Below are positions 61,201 to 64,000 of a stretch of 64,000 nt of DNA, in pieces. Position 1 is the stretch's first letter. The number at the start of each line of letters is the position of its first letter. The notes under the pieces were generated by a model that worked only from the letters and a program-made list of their open reading frames with translations, did no database searches and was not told the origin of the DNA. The DNA comes from Okamejei kenojei. Its lineage: Eukaryota. The stretch lies in contig CM069133.1 of the NCBI GenBank assembly GCA_035221665.1, positions 7,440,001 through 7,504,000 of the forward strand. Direction: 5' to 3'. Made by a program: the position numbers and the translations under genes.

Positions 61201-64000
61201 GTTCTAGCATTCCATCTTCTAGCTCCAGCTCCAACTGGGCCATCAATCGATCTCATGTCCTTGATCCAGGGTCGCATGAAAGCTCCATCTCCTGCTCCTC
61301 TGCAGCCTATCTTGACTGATTGCACTCCAGCTTCTACGGATGTACGCCTGCGCGTACGGGTCCACCGCAGCTCAGCTCTAGCTCTCGCACTCAATCTCCA
61401 GCGCTCTATCGCCAGCTGTAGGCTGCTAAAGCTCCTACTTTTCCTCAGCTGCGCCAGTTATTGCTCCGGCTCCTGCTCCAACTTTTAGGCTTAGCTCGAG
61501 ACCGCCTGCGCCAGCTCCGTCGAATGAGCCTGCGCTGGGCCTGAGCTCCGGGGGGGGGGGCTCAATTTCCAGCTCTTGGTAACATCGGGGGTCAGCCAAA
61601 CGGCCGCTTGTTCACGCGTCCCCCTGAGTGAGTGCCCCCGCCCCCTAGTGCGCGAGACATCGTGTCCCTCGTTAGCCTCTGCAGCTCTAGCGCTAGCTCG
61701 AGGCCTCCAGCCATCTCCCAGTCGCTTGCCTCCTACAGTCCATCTGCCTTATCTCGAGCTGCCATCCTCCATTTCCAGTTCAGCTCTTAGCACTATCACT
61801 CCAGCTCATCGTCACTCTAGTCTCGTTCCATCTCCAATCCAGCACTCTAGCTACATCCCCAGCTCAATCTCCAGGCCTATAACTTTAGGTCCAGTCTCCG
61901 ATATAGCACTTTAGCCCCTGTCAGCAGATTGCAGCTCAAACTCCATTCGCCAGCCTAGCTTTACGAGCTGTACTGGCTACTGCTCCATCTCTCCTGTTCC
62001 ATCACCAGCTCTAGCTCCAGCGCCATTCTAGCTCCAGTACTAGCCCTAGCTCAATCTCCAGCTCCATCTCCCATATCTAGATTTAGCTCCAAATTGGGGG
62101 GGGCTGAAGGCGCTCCAGCTCCATCTGCATCTCTAGCGCTCTACAGCTTTCTCAGATCTATCTCCATCTCCAGCTCTAGGCTCATGCTCTATTTCCAGCT
62201 CAAGCTCTCGCATCATCTCCAGCATCAATCGTCAGCTCGAGCTCAGCTCCATCTCCAGCTCCATCTACAGATCTCGCTTTAGCTAATCTCCAGTTGCAGA
62301 AACTCCATCTTAGCTCAATTTCCAGCTCTAGCTCTACGAGCTGTGCTAGCTACAGTTTCCTCTCCAGTTCCATCTACAGGTTCATCTCCAGCTCTAGCTC
62401 CAGCTCCAGCGCCAATTCCAGCTCCAATTCTAGCTCCAGCTCTATTGCAAGCTCCATCTCCAGCTCCACATCCATATCTAGATTTAGCTACATCCCCAGC
62501 TCCAGCTTTAGCCCAATCCCCAGCTCAATCGCCAGTTCTAGCTCTAGCTCCACCTCCATCTCCATCTGCATCTCCATCTCCAGCTCCATCTCTAGCTCCA
62601 TCTCCAGCTCCATTTACTGCTCCATCTCCAGTTCCAGCTCTACATGGATGTAGTTAAATCTAGATCTGGATATGGAGCTGGAGATGGAGCTTGAGCTAGA
62701 GGTGGAGCTAGAATTTGAGCTAGAATTGGAGCTGGAGCTGGAGCTAGAGCTGGAGATGAACCTGGAGGTGGAACTGGAGATGGAGCTGTAGCTAGCACAG
62801 CTCATAGAGTGAGAGCTGGAAATTGAGCTAGAGATGGAGTTTGAACTGCATCTGGTGATGGAGCTAAAGCGAGATCTGTAGATGGAGATGGAGCTAGAGC
62901 TGGTGCTGGAGATGGAGCTAGAGCTAGAGCTGACGATTGAGCTGGAGATGATGCTAGTGCTTGAGCTGGAAATAGAGCATGAGCTAGAGCTGGAGATGGA
63001 GCTGTAGATGGAAGCTAGAGCTGGGGCTGGAGATAAGAGCTGAGATTAGAGCTTTAGAGCTAGAGCTGCAGATGGAGCTCGAGATGCAACTTGAGTTAGT
63101 GAAACAGCTAGAGATAGAGCTGGAAATGGAGCTGTAAGTGGAGCTGGAGGTAGAGCTATTTCTAGAACTGGAGATAGACATGGAGCTGAGAGCTGGAGGT
63201 AGAGCTAGGAGATGGAGCTAGAGCTGGAACTGGGAAAGGAGCTTTAGCTAGATGCAGCTGGAGATGGAGCTGGTGATGGAGCTACAGCTAGAGCAGGAGA
63301 GCGAGCTGGAGATGAAGCTGGAGATGGAGTTGCAGATTCAGCTGCAGATGGGACCTGGAGCTGGAAGCTGTAGATGGAGCAGAGGGTGGACATAGGGCTA
63401 GAGCTAGAGCTGGACCTCGATTTGGAGATGGAGCTGGGGATAGAGTTGGAGTTGGAGCTGGAGATGGAGCTAGAGATGGAGATAGCTAGAGCTGGAATTG
63501 GAGATGGAGCTGGAACTGGAGAATTGAGATGGATGTTAGAGTTGGAGATGGAGCTGGAACTGCAGATGGAGCTAGAAGCTGCAGATGCAGGTGGAGCTGG
63601 AGGAGATGGAGATGGAGCTGGAGGAGATGGAGATGGAGCTGGAGGTGTAGGGCTGGAGCTGGGGCTAAAGATGGAGGTGGAGCAGGAGCTGGAGGGAGCT
63701 GGAGCTGGAGATGGAGCTGGATCTAGAACTGGAAATTGAGCTGGAGATTGAGCTAAACATGGAGCTGGAGATGGAGCTGGAGGTAGTGCTGGAGATGGAA
63801 GTTGAGATGGAGCTAGAGATGGGGATGAGCTGCAACTGCAGATTGAGCTAGAGCTGCAGATGGAGGTGGAGCTGGAAGAGATGGATGGAGCTAGAGCTGG
63901 AGGTGTAGAGCTGGAGCTGGTGCTGAAGATGGAGGTGGAGCAGGAGCTGGAGGGAGCTGGAGCTGGAGATGGAGCTGGAGCCAGAACTGGAAATTGAGCT
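52220..64000. repeat. Hexamer satellite block 2, with higher-order duplication and a strand flip at ~62645; runs off the window end
   Basis: CTCCAG/CTCTAG/CTCCAT units on + up to ~62645, then GGAGCT/GGAGAT/AGAGCT. Near-identical segments are offset by 2558 bp (55243 vs 57801). Confidence 0.92.

Noticed and set aside
59716-61914. GC-richer stretch with long ORFs (e.g. 59801-60601, 266 aa)
   Set aside because: It still follows the satellite landmarks with added G/C bases; no recognisable domain; likely degenerate or erroneous satellite sequence.
27253-63739. Many ORFs encoding ELEMEL, SSSSI, APAPSP or GAGDGA repeats (could suggest structural, antifreeze or mucin-like proteins)
   Set aside because: They are translations of a hexamer satellite in all frames, with frequent stops and frameshifts, strand flips and no exon structure.

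Overview
Eukaryotic genomic DNA, most likely from a cartilaginous fish (probably a skate or ray; inferred from the Ig sequence and repeat families). The first ~7.7 kb hold the 3' end of an immunoglobulin heavy-chain mu (IgM-type) gene on the + strand: the terminal CH exon with secretory tailpiece (3204-3595), TM1 (6092-6219) and TM2 (6822-6830), with intact splice sites and polyA signals. These exons sit among CR1-type LINEs, a V-SINE, MITEs and a Penelope remnant. From ~13.7 kb the window is heterochromatin-like. An AT-rich strand-flipping satellite and an AGCT-rich CTCCAG/CTCTAG/CTCCAT hexamer satellite host two Tc1 transposons, three DIRS1-type tyrosine-recombinase retroelements (one nested in another), an RTE/RTEX-like LINE fragment and small hairpin elements. 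There is one assembly gap (14830-14960), and much of the distal sequence looks indel-noisy. The most notable observations are: (1) a ~460-bp non-coding element carrying an internal copy of its own predicted circle junction (DIRS/Crypton-like logic); (2) a shared AATA integration core for all three DIRS copies, with a paralogous empty site in the window; (3) a LINE inserted between the likely branch point and the polypyrimidine tract of IgM TM2; (4) switch-region-like AGCT arrays downstream of the IgM gene (speculative).
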